Shown: positions 1-12,900 of the stretch, piece by piece
Layout of the letters: each line of letters begins with the position of its first letter
Numbering within the stretch: position 1 is the stretch's first letter
Origin: Camelus ferus
Taxonomy: Eukaryota
Direction of reading: 5' to 3'
Length of the DNA stretch: 64,000 nt
Assembly (NCBI RefSeq): GCF_009834535.1
Contig: NC_045696.1
Span: 108,812,001-108,876,000, forward strand
Notes under the pieces: model-generated
What the model was told of the DNA's origin: nothing
What the model saw: the letters and a program-made list of their open reading frames with translations, nothing else
Database searches by the model: none
Made by a program: the position numbers and the translations under genes

Positions 1-99
1 AGCCCCCAAGCAGCCTATGGTCAGGGGGACAGACAGACAACCCACAAGGAGTGGCCCAAATACTCATGCCATGACCTTTGCTCTGTGACACGGAGGACG

Positions 100-470
100 A
101 CGCCAGTGTGTGGAGGAGATGAGGGGACTTCGCTCAACACAGGAACTAGGGGATAGAAACATTTCCCGGGAGAAGCAGCCCTGAGACTGAGCCAAGAGAA
201 TGAGTCGAAGCGGCCTGATGGAAGAGAGGGGCTGTCAGGACGCATCAGGCAGAGCAAATGCATGTGTTGGGGGGAGGGGGAGGGTTTGCCTGCACTAGAG
301 AGAGTTGAGGGGGAGACAAGGCAGGCTGGGCCTCATGGGCCCCATTAGGATGCTCTTTGTTCAGACTGATGGTTTGTGGGCTTGTTTTTCTACTGTATTC
401 TCAGTGCCAGGGGAAACCGCTGAAGTGTTTGAGGCTGAGCAACCCGTGATCAGATGCGTTCACGCCTCGT
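100..470 (-). mobile_element. L2 LINE fragment (degraded)
   Basis: Antisense L2-like tracts such as 'cttcccgggagaagcagccctgagactgagcc' and 'ggggaaaccgctgaagtgtttgaggctgag...gtgatcagatgcgtt'; recognised from memory of the consensus, boundaries approximate. Confidence 0.5.
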
Positions 471-1934
471 TTCGGTGAGCACTGTGTAGGTTTACGCTCT
501 TTATGTGTATTTTAGGTGCAAACAACGAAGGTTTTACAGGCCTCCACTAGCTAATTACACGACTGATGAAATCTGTAATCAGGACAGTCTCTAAGCTCCC
601 TGAGACCACCGGCACCCAGGACCACGCTATGGGGAGGTGGACCGTCCTGGGGACATCTCTTCCTGTGTTCTTGCAGCTTAATTGGTTCTCAGATGCATGA
701 CTTGAGATTTTTCATTCTATCTGGCTAGAAAAAGATGCAGAGGGCTGATATGGGGTGTGTGAGCATGTGCAGGCTGCAGGCATCCTCTGTTGGCAAGGGG
801 CTTGACCCAGGCCACATTGGTGGTGGGGAACCAGCCGGGGCTCAGCAAAGCAATCCATTTATTATAATTTTGCTGAGAAGCAGCCCAGTAAATCAAACAG
901 ACAACCTGACTGCAAACAAATTACACACCAAGAGATAGGATGGAGGGAGGGAGGCAGGGAGGGCAGAGACGGGTGGCAGCCAATTGGGGAAAGTGAGAAT
1001 AAAAAAGAAGGGAAGAGGGAAAGTCAGGGAAAAGTGACCTACAGAGATGCCTGGAGTCAGAAGGAAATAAAAATGGAGCTTAATTTGTCCATCAGGAAGA
1101 AAAAGAAAGAGAAAAGCACCCTACCAAGAGAGATCTCATTTGCCGGTCACCCCCAACTTACAAACCCTTGACTTAGAAAAACCAACTGCCCTTTGTTCTC
1201 CCAAGGGGTCACCTAGGGAGTGATTGATGGGCAGTTACATTCTCCTGGGCAAAAGCACTGAGTTCTCTTTTCTCATGCAAATAGAGAGGGGGCCTCTTCT
1301 TCAAACAGAGTTAACCTGTTCCTGGTACTCCTGCCGCAAGCATGCAGCGCAGCCTCGGCGTCCGCCAGGGGCAACTGCCCTTCTGCAGGTGAAGACAGAC
1401 GCTCTCGCTTGGCCAGGGTTACAGAGGGCGAGCTTCCGGGGAGAATGCCAGCATGGAACACAGCCCAGGTTCCTGTCACAAGACTGCGACAACTGGTGAG
1501 CAGCTGTGGCTGGGACGGCCACCCCCACAGCCCTGGTAGGGACGCTAAACAGTAAAGGGGTTTCAAGGCCAGGAAGAAGCAGTAGTTCAATTACCACTTA
1601 GAAAATCCTTTCTCTGGAAAAATACACTCCTGGATCCAAAAAAAACTCTGAAAAAAAAAAAAGAACCTGCTTGGAAAGCTGCGAAGTGCTTTTACGGAAG
1701 CAGTGAACAGAGCAGAGAGAAGGCTGAGAGAGGATCCACGGCCAGGGACTCTGAACAGAACCCCCCCCTTCCTGAGATGCCATCCTCTGTGACAAGACTT
1801 TATGCAGCTCGTCTCTCAAAGGCTGAAGTTCTGTAGAACATTTGGGGACCCAAAGAATCATGAGAACTGCCTCTTCGTATAAGTGTTGAGGCTGTAAGGG
1901 GGACTCTAATCCCCAGCACCCAGACAGGCTTCTG

Positions 1935-3430
1935 AGATCCAATCTGCTTGTGAACATCAGTGCTAATAAAGTACTAGCCGAGAACCCAGCCACACACTGA
2001 AGGACCAAGCGGGGTTCACTACAAAGCAAGAGTGGTTCAATATGAGAGAATCCATGATACAATCTTGAGGGTCCTAGATCCAAACATCATCTAAGCATCT
2101 CAGTGGACCCTGAAGAAGCAATAAATAATACTCAACACTCACTCTGGATGTTCAAAAAACTCATAATAAAATAGAGACAGATGGGTATTTTCTGCCATGA
2201 TGATATATATCTTTCTCAATACTTAATGGAAAAACACCAGATTTTCCCCATAAAAATTAGCAATGAGGCAAAAATGTCCCAATTTACCATGTTAGTTAGC
2301 AGTGTTGTGGAGCAGAAGGCGCAACAATTATAGGACTATTGTAAAGGAAATTAGTTGTATTAAGGAGAAAGGAGGCGACAAACATGGTCCACATTAGTAG
2401 ATAAGATGATTGTATGTCTGGCAAGCGTAAGACAACCAACTTGCAATCTATTCTTAATGGTAAGAGGACAGGTCACCAAAGTGATATCTAGAAAGCAATG
2501 GATTTTATATTTACCAACAACCAACTGGTAGGCACAATGGGAGAGAAAACCCTCATTTACAATAGTAACAAAAAGGACAAAATCCCTGGATATGCTTACT
2601 AAGAGAAAAAATAAGTTCTATGCTCTTGGAAATGAATTCTAAACATCATAAAATGTTAAGTATTCCTGAATTAATCTATACATTTAATCTAATGAACCTG
2701 TTATTTATTTATATGCTCATTTAGAAATAGTGGAGCTAATTCTAAAATTAAAACAGGAAAACGAACAGGTATACACACTTCAAAGGGCAATTTGACTCGG
2801 TCTAGGAGGCCGGAACAAGTGGATGTCCTATGAACAAGATATTCCATTCCTCAGTATAGAACCAAAAGACCCAAGGGGAAATTCTTAGAAATGTCCATCG
2901 AAGTACTGTTTATAATGGTAGAAAATTATATACAAGCTAAGTACCCATCACCAGGAAAATGAATAAATTGGTATTTTCAGACAGCAAAACACCACACAGC
3001 TGCGGTGACAATGGGCGCGAGCACGTTGTCTCAACTTGGAAGAATCTCTCAAACGTAATGTTGAGTTCGGGGGAAAAGAACAAGGTTCCGCAGGACACAT
3101 ACAGTGTAATACTGTCTGTACAAAATTTAGAAACATCTAGGTTACTGTTTTGTTTAGGCCCACATACACAGGCATTAAAAGTGAATACAATTCATGGAAA
3201 CCAAAAAAACCCACCAGCTTCAGTGGGCACCCTGGTGGGAGGCAGGGCAGGGATTGAGATGAGATGGATGGGGTTTCCTCCGCATTTGCAGAGGAAATTG
3301 GAAGATATTTCAGAAGCTGAGTGGTAGGTCGATCAATATCTACAACACATCCTTCTTTCTTTTTTTTAAAGTGTTGCATTATTCTTTAAACTCTGTCTAG
3401 ATCTGAAACATTTTCAAAACATTTTAGTGC
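1935..3430 (+). mobile_element. Old L1 (L1M/L1ME-type) ORF2 RT remnants plus 3' UTR
   Basis: Decayed RT-coding tracts: 'ccaatctgcttgtgaacat' (PISLMN), 'gaccaagcggggttcac...gtggttcaatat' (DQVGF...WFN), 'gataagatgattgtatgtctg' (DDMIVYL); followed by L1ME-like 3' UTR 'gaatctctcaaacgtaatgttgagt...catacagtgtaatac'. Confidence 0.8.
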
Positions 3431-3439
3431 AAGTAAAAC

Positions 3440-3590
3440 AAGCAAGAGTAGCCAGGAAAACTAACGAAAGAAGAAGAGGCAACAGTCATACCAGGTATTA
3501 AAACATACTGTCACACCATAGCCAGCAAAAACAGTGCGGTTCTGGCACTGAAAGAGGTAGATGAATGGAATAAAACACAAAGTTTCAAAA
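3440..3590 (+). mobile_element. L1 ORF2 C-terminal fragment
   Basis: 'aaaacagtgcggttctggcactgaaagaggtagatgaatggaataaa' matches the decayed KTVWYWH...DQWN motif of L1 ORF2. Confidence 0.6.
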
Positions 3591-3844
3591 TAACCCTCCC
3601 TTTCTTTTTCCAAGGGGCTACCTACCTGTTCTAACACAATAGTTTCTGTGTGGTAGTGCTTCGCGTAGTTTTTCACCCAAGAATCCCCTGTGATAGGACA
3701 GTGGTGAACGAGGGAACTGGGGGTCTGGGACCATAGCCCAGAGTGGCCCCATGGGGGCAAGCACTTCATTGATGACTCAAGCTGTATTGTTGCAACGAAG
3801 GCAGAATTTGCAGTCTACTCAAAAATACATGCTTGTTCATAATC

Positions 3845-4295
3845 CCCCAGCCCAGGCCACCATCTCCTCAGGCCCGGCCTCCTGCATCTGGTCCCCTCCC
3901 CACAGATTCCTCTCTTTCTTCCCTACTCAACAGCTCGAAGGATCTTTTAAACATATAGATCACATCCATTCACCCTCCTGCTTAAATCTCTTCCACAGCA
4001 CCCAACTGCACTCAGCAGAAAATCTAAATTCCTCACCAGGACCTATAAATGGCTCTTAAGGAGTTTACCTTGGCCCACCTCTTGAGCATTCAGGCCCTAA
4101 ACTCAGTCCCCCCTCCTGAGCAAACCTTCTCTCTGCTACTGGAATCTGCCACACTCCTCCCCTCAGAGCCTCTGCACTGGCCTCCTTCCCCTTCTAGAAT
4201 ACTCTCGGAAGCTCTAGGAGAGAAGAGATTTTGTCTGCTTTGTTCACTGTGATGTGTCCATTCCCAGCACTGTGCCCGGAATGTTGATGAATAAG
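3845..4295 (+). mobile_element. L2 LINE 3' portion
   Basis: 'cccaggccaccatc...gatcacatccattcaccctcctgcttaaatctcttcca...' and 3' end 'tgtctgctttgttcactgtgatgtgtccattcccagcactgtgcccgg...tgatgaata'. Confidence 0.7.
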
Positions 4296-5277
4296 CTAAA
4301 TTACATATGGGTAAGATGGACATCTCCAGGAGAATATACTTTACTTCCAGAAAAGAGGGGTATCTTTTCCTAGAAGGGATCAGCCCATAGAATGCTTTCA
4401 CCAAGGCCGAGGGACCCTAGAGGATCCCTCTCCCTCACGGGGTGGGGCCCACTGATGACACCTCCCGGGTCGGTGTGGAACTGAGACTGGCCTAGTCCCA
4501 GCGTCAGTGACCTGCGCATCAGGCCGGGTCCGGCCCGGTCATGGGAAGTCCCCGGTGGTCTGGCTGGTTGCCCCTGTGTGCAAACACAGATGCTGCCTCT
4601 CAGGGGGCATTCCTTCCCCAACATGGACAGGATTGCCCGCGCCGAGCCAGCCTCAGTTGCCCCGAGTGGCCGTGCTCATGCTGCCCTCAGGGAAGGGCCA
4701 TCCTCAAGGATGCGCTGGAGGTGGGAACCTTCCACAGGACCCTTCACCCAGCGCACCAAACGCACCCAGCAAAAGGAGCTCAATCAAGTCCTCTCCCAGC
4801 GCAAAATCCTTTCCTTGGAAAAGTTTTCACTCCACTCTTTGCCAAGAGGAGTGGATGAAACAGTCAACACAAATCCAGGCAGGGAGGCCCCTGAAAGTCA
4901 GAAGCCAACCCTTCCATGTGAAAAATACGACCTGCCCTCTGTCCAGCGGCATCCTGACAGCTGTCTAATGACTCCTCCAACACTGATACAGCCCTCTCTG
5001 CACAGGGAGCTAGAAGCGCTTCACGGACATAGTCTCGTTCATCCTCAGCCTTTCATTAACTTACCAAACGGGTCATGCTGCAGAGTTAAAACCACAGAAA
5101 CTTGATTTTCCTCCGTCATCACTCCCGAAACAACTTCTTTGCATCATTCAGATTTATAACAAGCTGTTCTGGTACCCTTTGAGCTAACACCAAAAGACGT
5201 AAATGAAAATAAATACTTCCTATTTTTTCCTGTGCAAATGTCATTCTCTTTCTGGCTGCCCTTTGTCCCAAACCCAC

Positions 5278-5810
5278 ATGGTGGATGGTTACAATAACAG
5301 CTCCCAGTCAATCTAGCCTCCCTCTTATAAGAGTCTATGCCTCTTATAATGTGACCTTGCCATTCCTTCCCTCAATAGATGGTGTCTGTTTCTCCACCTC
5401 CTTGAAGTTGGGCTGTCCCTGCAATTTGCTGCAATTTGACAGCATCAGTGGAAGTGATGTGTGAATTAGGCAGCTTAGGAGGCCTGACAACTTCCACTCC
5501 TGTCCTCTGCCTGGACGGAGCCCACTGTGCCATGAAGAAGCCCAGTGGCACCTCCTGGAAGATGAGAGACCCCATGGAGGAGAACGAGGTCCCCAGCCAA
5601 CAGCTGGCACCAACTGCCAGACACAAGAGTGATGCAACTTTAGAGCCCCCACCCTCCAGCTAAATGCAGCTGCAGGAGTGAGCCCAGGTGACACCAGAGG
5701 AGAAAAGACACAGCCAGTGCTCAGAATTATGAGAAGTCATTTGCTGTTGGTGTCCTAAGCCATTACAGTTGGGGGGGTTGGCGGTTCCTATGCAGCAATG
5801 GATAACTGTT
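5278..5810 (+). mobile_element. MaLR solo LTR (MLT1F/G/H-like)
   Basis: MLT1 hallmarks: 'atgtgaccttgccattccttcc...gtctgtttctccacctccttgaagttgggctg', 'ccatgaagaagccca', 'cccagccaacagc', end 'taagccattacagttggg...tatgcagcaatggataactg'. Confidence 0.8.
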
Positions 5811-6442
5811 ATCCTGGGTCTGTTGCCACATGAGTCTGTGTCTCTAATTATTTCCCCCCGTTTCCCAATTTCCTCCCCGGTGTCCTCACCAATTGGAAAG
5901 GAGCATCACTTGCAAGCTGGGTGACTTTGTCTCTCTCACGCCACCCACACACAACCACGCTGGAGATTCAGTTCTGTTTCCAGTCAAGCCACTGTATCCC
6001 ATTTGTTGGCAGAGCAGGGTCCCCCAAGAGACTCTGGAAGCACCCTGGTAGTAATAACACACCCGCTTCCTTGAATGAGATCCTGGATCCAAGACTGGGA
6101 AACACCGCTCTCTCTCCTTCACCAGGAGTCTGAAGCTCAGCCAAGTCAGCGATAGCTCTGTCCCCTCCCTTGACTTCATTGTCCCCAAGCTTTCCCAAAC
6201 TTTCTAAGCCACAGAACCCGTCTTTCTCACACTATCAGTTATGTTCTGCAAAATTCCTTGGAGGGCACATAAGGAAGTTTGGTTAGGGAGTCCTGGAGGC
6301 ACAGAACTGGAGAAGATGATCTGACTGTCATCTGCTGGTTCAATGTCCTCGAACGCGGAGCTGCTTCTCAGATCTACGAATACAAAGAGGTGGCTATGGG
6401 CATATTTGCTTTTCTGAAAGGAATCGCAAGAAACTCACCAAA

Positions 6443-6531
6443 ACGAAAATGAATGTATGTATGTGTATGCATGACTGGGTTATTGTGCTGTACACCAAAG
6501 AAAGACACATTGTAACTGACTGTACTTCAAT
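6443..6531 (+). mobile_element. Short 5'-truncated young L1 3' end (cetartiodactyl/camelid type)
   Basis: 'aaaatgaatgtatgtatgtgtatgcatgactggg...tgtgctgtacacc...cattgtaactgactgtacttcaat' is homologous to the copies at 43704-43895 and 52241-52470 in this window. Confidence 0.75.
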
Positions 6532-6612
6532 GGAAGGAAGGAAGGAAGGAAGGAAGGAAGGAAGGAAGGAAGGAAGGAAGGAAGGAAGAGGGAGGGAGGG
6601 AAGGAAGGAGGG
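6532..6612 (+). repeat. (GGAA)n microsatellite
   Basis: 14 perfect GGAA units at 6532-6587, then degenerate GGAG/GGAA units. Confidence 0.97.
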
Positions 6613-7949
6613 AAGACGCTGCTACCAGTGACTATCACTGGGGAAGACAGCGGGGTGCACACTGGGGAAAGAGGCTATCACTTTCATTCTGCACTTTTTT
6701 TGCTGTTTATATTTCCTGCCATTACACATGGTACTATTTTGTTGTTGTTTTTAATGCAAACAGTTCACTGATGGTTTGTTCATCACCCTTCAGCCATCCA
6801 TCCCTCTGTGTCTCCTTTTGGACTATGTCCTTGAGTTCACTCAACTTTCCTGCAGTGCCTCATCTTCCTTCAGTCCAACCCAGTGTATTTCTCATCTCAG
6901 ATGTCCATCTCTGGGTGTTCTTGGATCTTTTTTCACATCTTCTTTGTCCCTCCTTATTAAAACCTTCTCAAAAAGCAGAGAGAACTCTGCACCATCAGAA
7001 TCCAAACCTTTTTCTTTAATTATTCAGGGAATTTCTAACAAAGCCATCCTCTCAGACCTGCAATATGAGAATCGCTGCATCCGCTCCTTGTGTTTCCTCC
7101 AAGGGCTGATGTCAAGTCCAGGGTGCCTTTATTTACTTAAGTACTCAATAAACGCATGTTGACTGATTGAATGCAATTCCAAAGATCAGGTCTAAATAGA
7201 TGGATCGCTCAGTTTCTATTCATTGGTCCAGCACCTCCCTTGTGCTCGCACGTGTCAGGTGTGGGTACGGCACAGTTCAACCTACACAGTGGAGGAAACT
7301 CATTTATATTATTCCAATGCCCCAGTACCTTGGCCTCTTAAAATACAAAGATTCAAATTAGCCAAAGGAAATACGGTCTGGGTCATTGAGATCTTTTGAA
7401 AGAAAATGGTATTATTAACTCATATCCTGATGTTTGTTTATGCTGATTTTTTGATATTTTGTTTAACTAACAGAATGGTGTCCAAAGCTCACTCAGTCTT
7501 TGAACCCCAGCTAATTAGAACCCACCATCCTCTCTGGCAAGAACAGACCACCTTCTGATCAAATGAACTTCTGAATCCCCAGGAACGGCATCTGAGCAGC
7601 TGTGGCTTCAAGCATGTGTTTTCAGAGTTAAAAGAAAGCTTACACTCATTTATTTATAATAAGCATATGCATACAAAAGGCTTCTTTGAGGCTTCAGGAA
7701 GTAATAGAATTGTGATTGCTCACGGACTCAGAATTCTTCCAACTGTGCCCTGCCCAACAAGGACCATTCAAATCCTGCCTTCTCCACACCACCACTGCTC
7801 TCCGACATGCTGAGGGGGACCACAGCCTCTGACATGTGGGACTCAGCCACTGGAACATTGCTCGGACATTCAGACATCACGGCCCAGGAGTCCGACCACG
7901 GCTGCAGGCCCTGACGCATCGAGGCCAGAATGGGAGTCATCACCGGACC

Positions 7950-8150
7950 GTGCTTACAGCTCTAGAGTGGATGGACCTGGGCTCAGATCCCATCCTCCAA
8001 CCACCTAGCAGCAGTATGGCCCTTAAGTTCATGGGCACTACATTTCCTCACCTCTTAAATCAAGGGAAACAATCTCTAATTCATAGAGTTGCTATGAGAT
8101 GATGCATAAAATGCATTTAGCACAGTACCCAGCACCAGGAAGGACCCTAA
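7950..8150 (+). mobile_element. MIR SINE
   Basis: 'gacctgggctcagatccc...tttcctcacctcttaaa...catagagttgctatgag...tgcataaaatgcatttagcacagtacccagcac'. Confidence 0.7.
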
Positions 8151-8959
8151 GAGCTACTCTCCCTTGACCTCCGCCCCACTCTTCCAAGGCCTGGCAACAC
8201 CTGCCCTCTGAGCATCTCCGCCCTGCAGGGAGCAGCTGCAGAGGCTCCACGTAACCAGAGGTTACTCGAGAAGGTCCAGTCTCAGAACCGGCAGTGACCC
8301 CCTGGTCCACACCACCTCCAATTCCTCTTCATGAGAGAAACAGTGTCCTTTATTTTTTGAGGGCTAACTCAGGGTTCATGGCCAGCTGTTAAAAGCTAGC
8401 CAAGGAACCCTCTCCTCCTCCAAAAATCTTAAATCTAACACTTGTCCTTTCTAGGAGAGTGTGAAGTTGGTCCCACTTACACTCTCAGAATTAAATAACA
8501 CAAGGGCTGAAAAGGACCTTTCCAATTCAGTACTGGAGTCCCCCTCAACACTTCTGCCAAGAGGCTGCACAACCTCTGCTCAGGATGGAGCGCTCAGCAT
8601 CTCCCAGGGCAGGACATTGGGACATTTCTTTTTAAGACAGCCAGGGCCCAAATCAGAGACTCAGTGCAAACTCTGCACAAGGGGCCCTTCTCCTTGCTGT
8701 GACTCTCACGTCTGCCTCCGGGATCTTTCCTCTCCAGTCGGTCCTCATTGCTTCAGTTGTTCTTCTTAGGACAGGTTTCCAGTTTCTGCTCCTTGGAACA
8801 GAATGTGGCTTGTTTCCCCACCTTCAGAGTCGAGTGTTGATGTGTGGGATGTTCCCTTCCAGTCCTAAGAAGTCCTAATTGCGGCACATCCATCTCCAGG
8901 TCTCCAACTCCATCATTTTAGAGACGCACCCCCACCCCAGCCCCGTTACACACACACAC

Positions 8960-9900
8960 GTTGATTCTTCATAGTGAGTCTGTGTTATAGCCATCTGGAC
9001 TCGGATGCTTCGTAATTGGGAATTTTTTTTATAGCTTTAATTATTTCCTCTGTTCTCTTTTCTTTTTTCTATCCAATGAATCATTCTGCTCCTGAGAGAG
9101 GAAAAATAAAAAAAGATTTTTGAAAGTTATGGCTGTAATTTCAATAGAAAGAGATTGGGCTTTGAGGAATATGAGCATTCATTGTATTCTCTGAGTCCAT
9201 TTTTCATCCCCACTGGTTAATGAAGATGTTATTTCTCTCTTGCATTTCGGTTGTTAATTTCTGACAAATTTTTTTTTAGTTTGTTTGTGTTTTTGTTTTA
9301 GTTATGGCTGGCTGCATGCCTCTTGGTTCATCCTTCTTTTGTATACTTTATGAAATATTCAGTTCTTCTTGATAGGATGAGATTTGATTCTCCCCTGGCT
9401 GTGATTAATTGTGGTAGTATTTTGGGACCTAATTTATGTTTATGTGATTCCTCTAGTGTTTCCATTTTCTTTTCTAATTATCCCTTTTTCCCTCATCTTT
9501 TTCCCTGAAATTAGTACTGAATTAGCTTGCCTCTGATTACAGTCTTGGATGCATCCCAAAGAATATTGTTGGACAGCTCCCCATTATCATATCATTCCAT
9601 GAATTCTTTGTTTGGTTTTTGCAATAAAGCTTTATTAACCCTCTGCAAACCCTTCTTTTCATTTGCTCAGTCATCTTTGTAGGAATCTGTGCTTGGCTAT
9701 GGCCAGGCGTTAAGGCAGCCCCTTCCACATTCTCTGCTACTGCCTGACAAGGCAAGCTCTTTTTAAGAAGTCAGAATTCCAAGGATTAAAAATAAGATCG
9801 ATGCTTGTGTTGAGGGACTGAATTCAACTATTCATTTATTTACCATTCTGGTGTGGATGTCTGTTGAGGAACTCCACTGATGGACACAAACCTGTCATCG
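8960..9900 (-). mobile_element. Ancient L1-clade LINE ORF2 fossil (end of endonuclease, linker, start of Z/RT region)
   Basis: Manual minus-strand translation gives, in L1 ORF2 order: QRVNKALLQ..KEFME*YDNGELSNNILWDASKTVIRGKLIQY (9645-9514), LEKKMETLEESHK, LREYNECSYSS, LSQEQNDSLDR, EEIIKAIK, KHPSPDGY (9010-8987); stops and frameshifts throughout. Confidence 0.85.
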
Positions 9901-12900
9901 TCCTTGGCCAAGACTCCCGCCCCTGTAGGTCTTGCCTGGTTTATAAAGAGAGGTCCCTTCTGACCCAGCTCCACAGGTAGCTGGCACTCAGCCTCTGCCA
10001 GCAGGTCTCTCCAGTGGCCCCATCAGTCTGAGGCGAGTGGGGCCCCAGGTGAAGTAGTTCTGGAATGGGGATGCATGTCATCCATCACCCACCAAGGCCT
10101 CTTTCTCTCAAGTCAGCCTGGGGGCTGTGTTTTGCTTCTTGGTGGGCTCTCCCTTCTGACAGTTCCCAGCCCCTATTTGCCTGCACATACCTGCAGGCCC
10201 CATCACACCACATACACAGCTACGTAAAACATACTGCCATGCACATGCTACACACCTGATTCACCCATCCACATGAAACACACACACACCCCGCCTCTTT
10301 CCACGGAGCTTTTGCGGCCTCTGCCTCCCCGGGAGATGCTATTCCCTGCATTAGGGACACTGATACAAGGGCTCTGAGCCACTGCTCACAAAAGGCCCTC
10401 CCACAGCCAGTGAAGGCTGTCTACGCAGAATCCCCCACGAGAGCAGCGCTCAAACTGTTTTGACCAGGGCCCCTCTGCTACCCTTGATCTGCCAAAGTGA
10501 GTGTGAGAATGGTGCTGCTCCAGTGATGAACAGCTTTACTCCCCTTAACTGCACCCCAAGTCCCAGAACCCTCGGCCAGGTGGTAATTCTCACGTCACCT
10601 CTTCCTCTCACAGACAAAGCAGTAACATCTCTTCCTTCTTGAAAGAAGGACCCAGAAGCCCAATTTCAAGCTGCCTAACCTTCCTGTGAGGACACATCTG
10701 GGATTCTCATCAGTGAAGAGTGCCTCGCCACGCAGCCCGGCAGCCCAAATGCTCGCCCCCTGCAGCCTCCCTGGCCGAGCTCTGGCTGGATGCTCCGAGG
10801 GGGGCCCAAGAAGATGGATCTCGGTGGAGGAGTGATGGGCCCGAGCTGTCTGCCCATGGTCCCTGGTGATGGGCCCTCAATGCCAGCCCTCTGAAGTAGT
10901 GGGGGCCATCTCTTGGCTATGTGGAGGGCTCCTGCTGTCTCCAGTAAGAACACCCAGCTGGGTGGACAACACGTGGCCACTGCCAGTTGGCTGGCTCCGG
11001 GAACCCTTCAGGCCAGTGGCAAGAGGGGTGGACAGAGGAGAGAGAGTGGAGCCATCCTGTACCTTCCATGGGCTGCACCCCACAGGTGCCCGCTGCAGTG
11101 GACAAACCAGCCCTGTGTCTCCTCAGCAAAACTCCCTTGTTGGCCTAAGAGACTGTTCATAACCCAAAAGTGTCACCAAGAAGCACATATCCTGCAGAAA
11201 CACACTTCCACAGAAGCCCTGGAGCAAAGCAGCCCAGGTCTGTTCACAGGGCACCCCCATGTTTCCCGGTCAGTCCTTCCACGGCTGGAGGGCAGCAACG
11301 TCCTTGTCACCTTCGGTTCTGTGTTTATTGTCCAGCCTGCTGCATGCAGGTCAGTTCAGACCAAGGCAGAGTGTTTCCTTCTGTAAGGCCTCTTCCAGCC
11401 CCCAAGCAAAAGACACAAATGCAAAAGGCTGAGAACAGAGAGTGCAAGACGGTGTCAGGAAAAGCCCAGCATTTGGGGTGGTTATCAGGGAACAGGAATC
11501 CTGGATGCTCAGAGAAGGCCTTATCGTTTGTTCTCCAACTCTGAGACGTCCTCTGGGGTATGTGGATTTTTTCCAGCCTCACTTATATCTCTACCAGTCA
11601 GACCCCGCCCCCTGCCAGTGCCCACTTGGGATTTGATTTTGTTGGTAATGATGGTATTGGGCGAGGTTTTGATATAAATCATTCTATGACAACTCTGCCG
11701 ACCTGTCTTATCACTTTCAGAACTTCATCCAAACTTGATTCCCTTCCCCTAAAGCTCAGGAAATGAGACCAATTTCCCCCACTGAATATCCACCCTTTGC
11801 ATTTCTTGATGGAATCTTTGCTTGGTAAATGCTTCTGGCTTGGAATTGGGATCAGATGTGGGTTTCTCAGGCTGAGCAATGATCCAACGGTTCCAGTCTC
11901 CCAGTCTTGAGACCTGGACTCTGCTCTCTGGTCAGCTCTGGGCACCCCGGGTGTATTACTCTCTCTATAAGCCTCAGTTACACCTTCTGGGAAATAGGAA
12001 AGAGGGCAGGGTGGGGAAAGCAGAGATTCCCGGGTGAGCGGGGAGGCAGGCACCGCTGTAACATTCAAAGCAATCTTAGGATTGCTCCAGACACCACACT
12101 AAATCATACTGAATGACTTAGGGAGAAATGCATGCCTCTTTTAACTTCTTTCCAATCCTTCTGATTCCCGTAAGGGAGAAAGTCTCAGTTTGCATGTGGT
12201 ATTTGTTTTTTTTAACAGCTGTTGAACACTTGGCACTCAAATACAAGAAAACCAGCTTTAGATTTTTGCTAAAGCTTCACATCGTTTTTTTTTTCAACTG
12301 ATTCATTTTGACAGTGGTCTTCCATTGATTGCATATGTCCAATTTTCCATGTACTAGACTGATTTAAACTTTCTTTTACAAATGAATGCACTTAAATTAT
12401 TAAGACGTGAGTCAGCAATGGTACAGGTAGTAAAGCCATATGGCAAAAGCTCATCAAGGTGACTAGTGTGTGAACAACAGACGTGCAGAGCAACCCTGGG
12501 TTTCGTGGCCCTGGAGGTCCCTTCTGCCCTCAGTGTCTGGGCTCCTGGCTGGGAAAACCTCCTAATCCTGTAATCAGTTACCACAAAGGGGTCAAATCCT
12601 CCCTCCCCACCAGCTGTCTGGAAGCCAAAGGAAGTCACAGCCTGGAGAGCCCCACCCCTGGCAGCTCAGCACCCCCACCCTGTGGACTCACCTGGTGCTC
12701 AGTGAGCAGCTCCCCTCTCACTAGCCAGGGGTGCGGATGCCGGCCCCTGGGGTCAGTTCCCTCCACCAACACAATAGTTTTTTAATTCACGGGGTTTCCA
12801 GCCTCTCTTTGTCCTTTAATAACTTTAATGGGAGCCACCAACTCTCCCCATTCCACATCTGGCTGCTTCTCCATTTAAAGGAAGAGCACATTTAAACGTG

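Noticed and set aside
6449..6662. ORFs with GRKE / PSFL repeats
   Set aside because: Translation of the (GGAA)n microsatellite.
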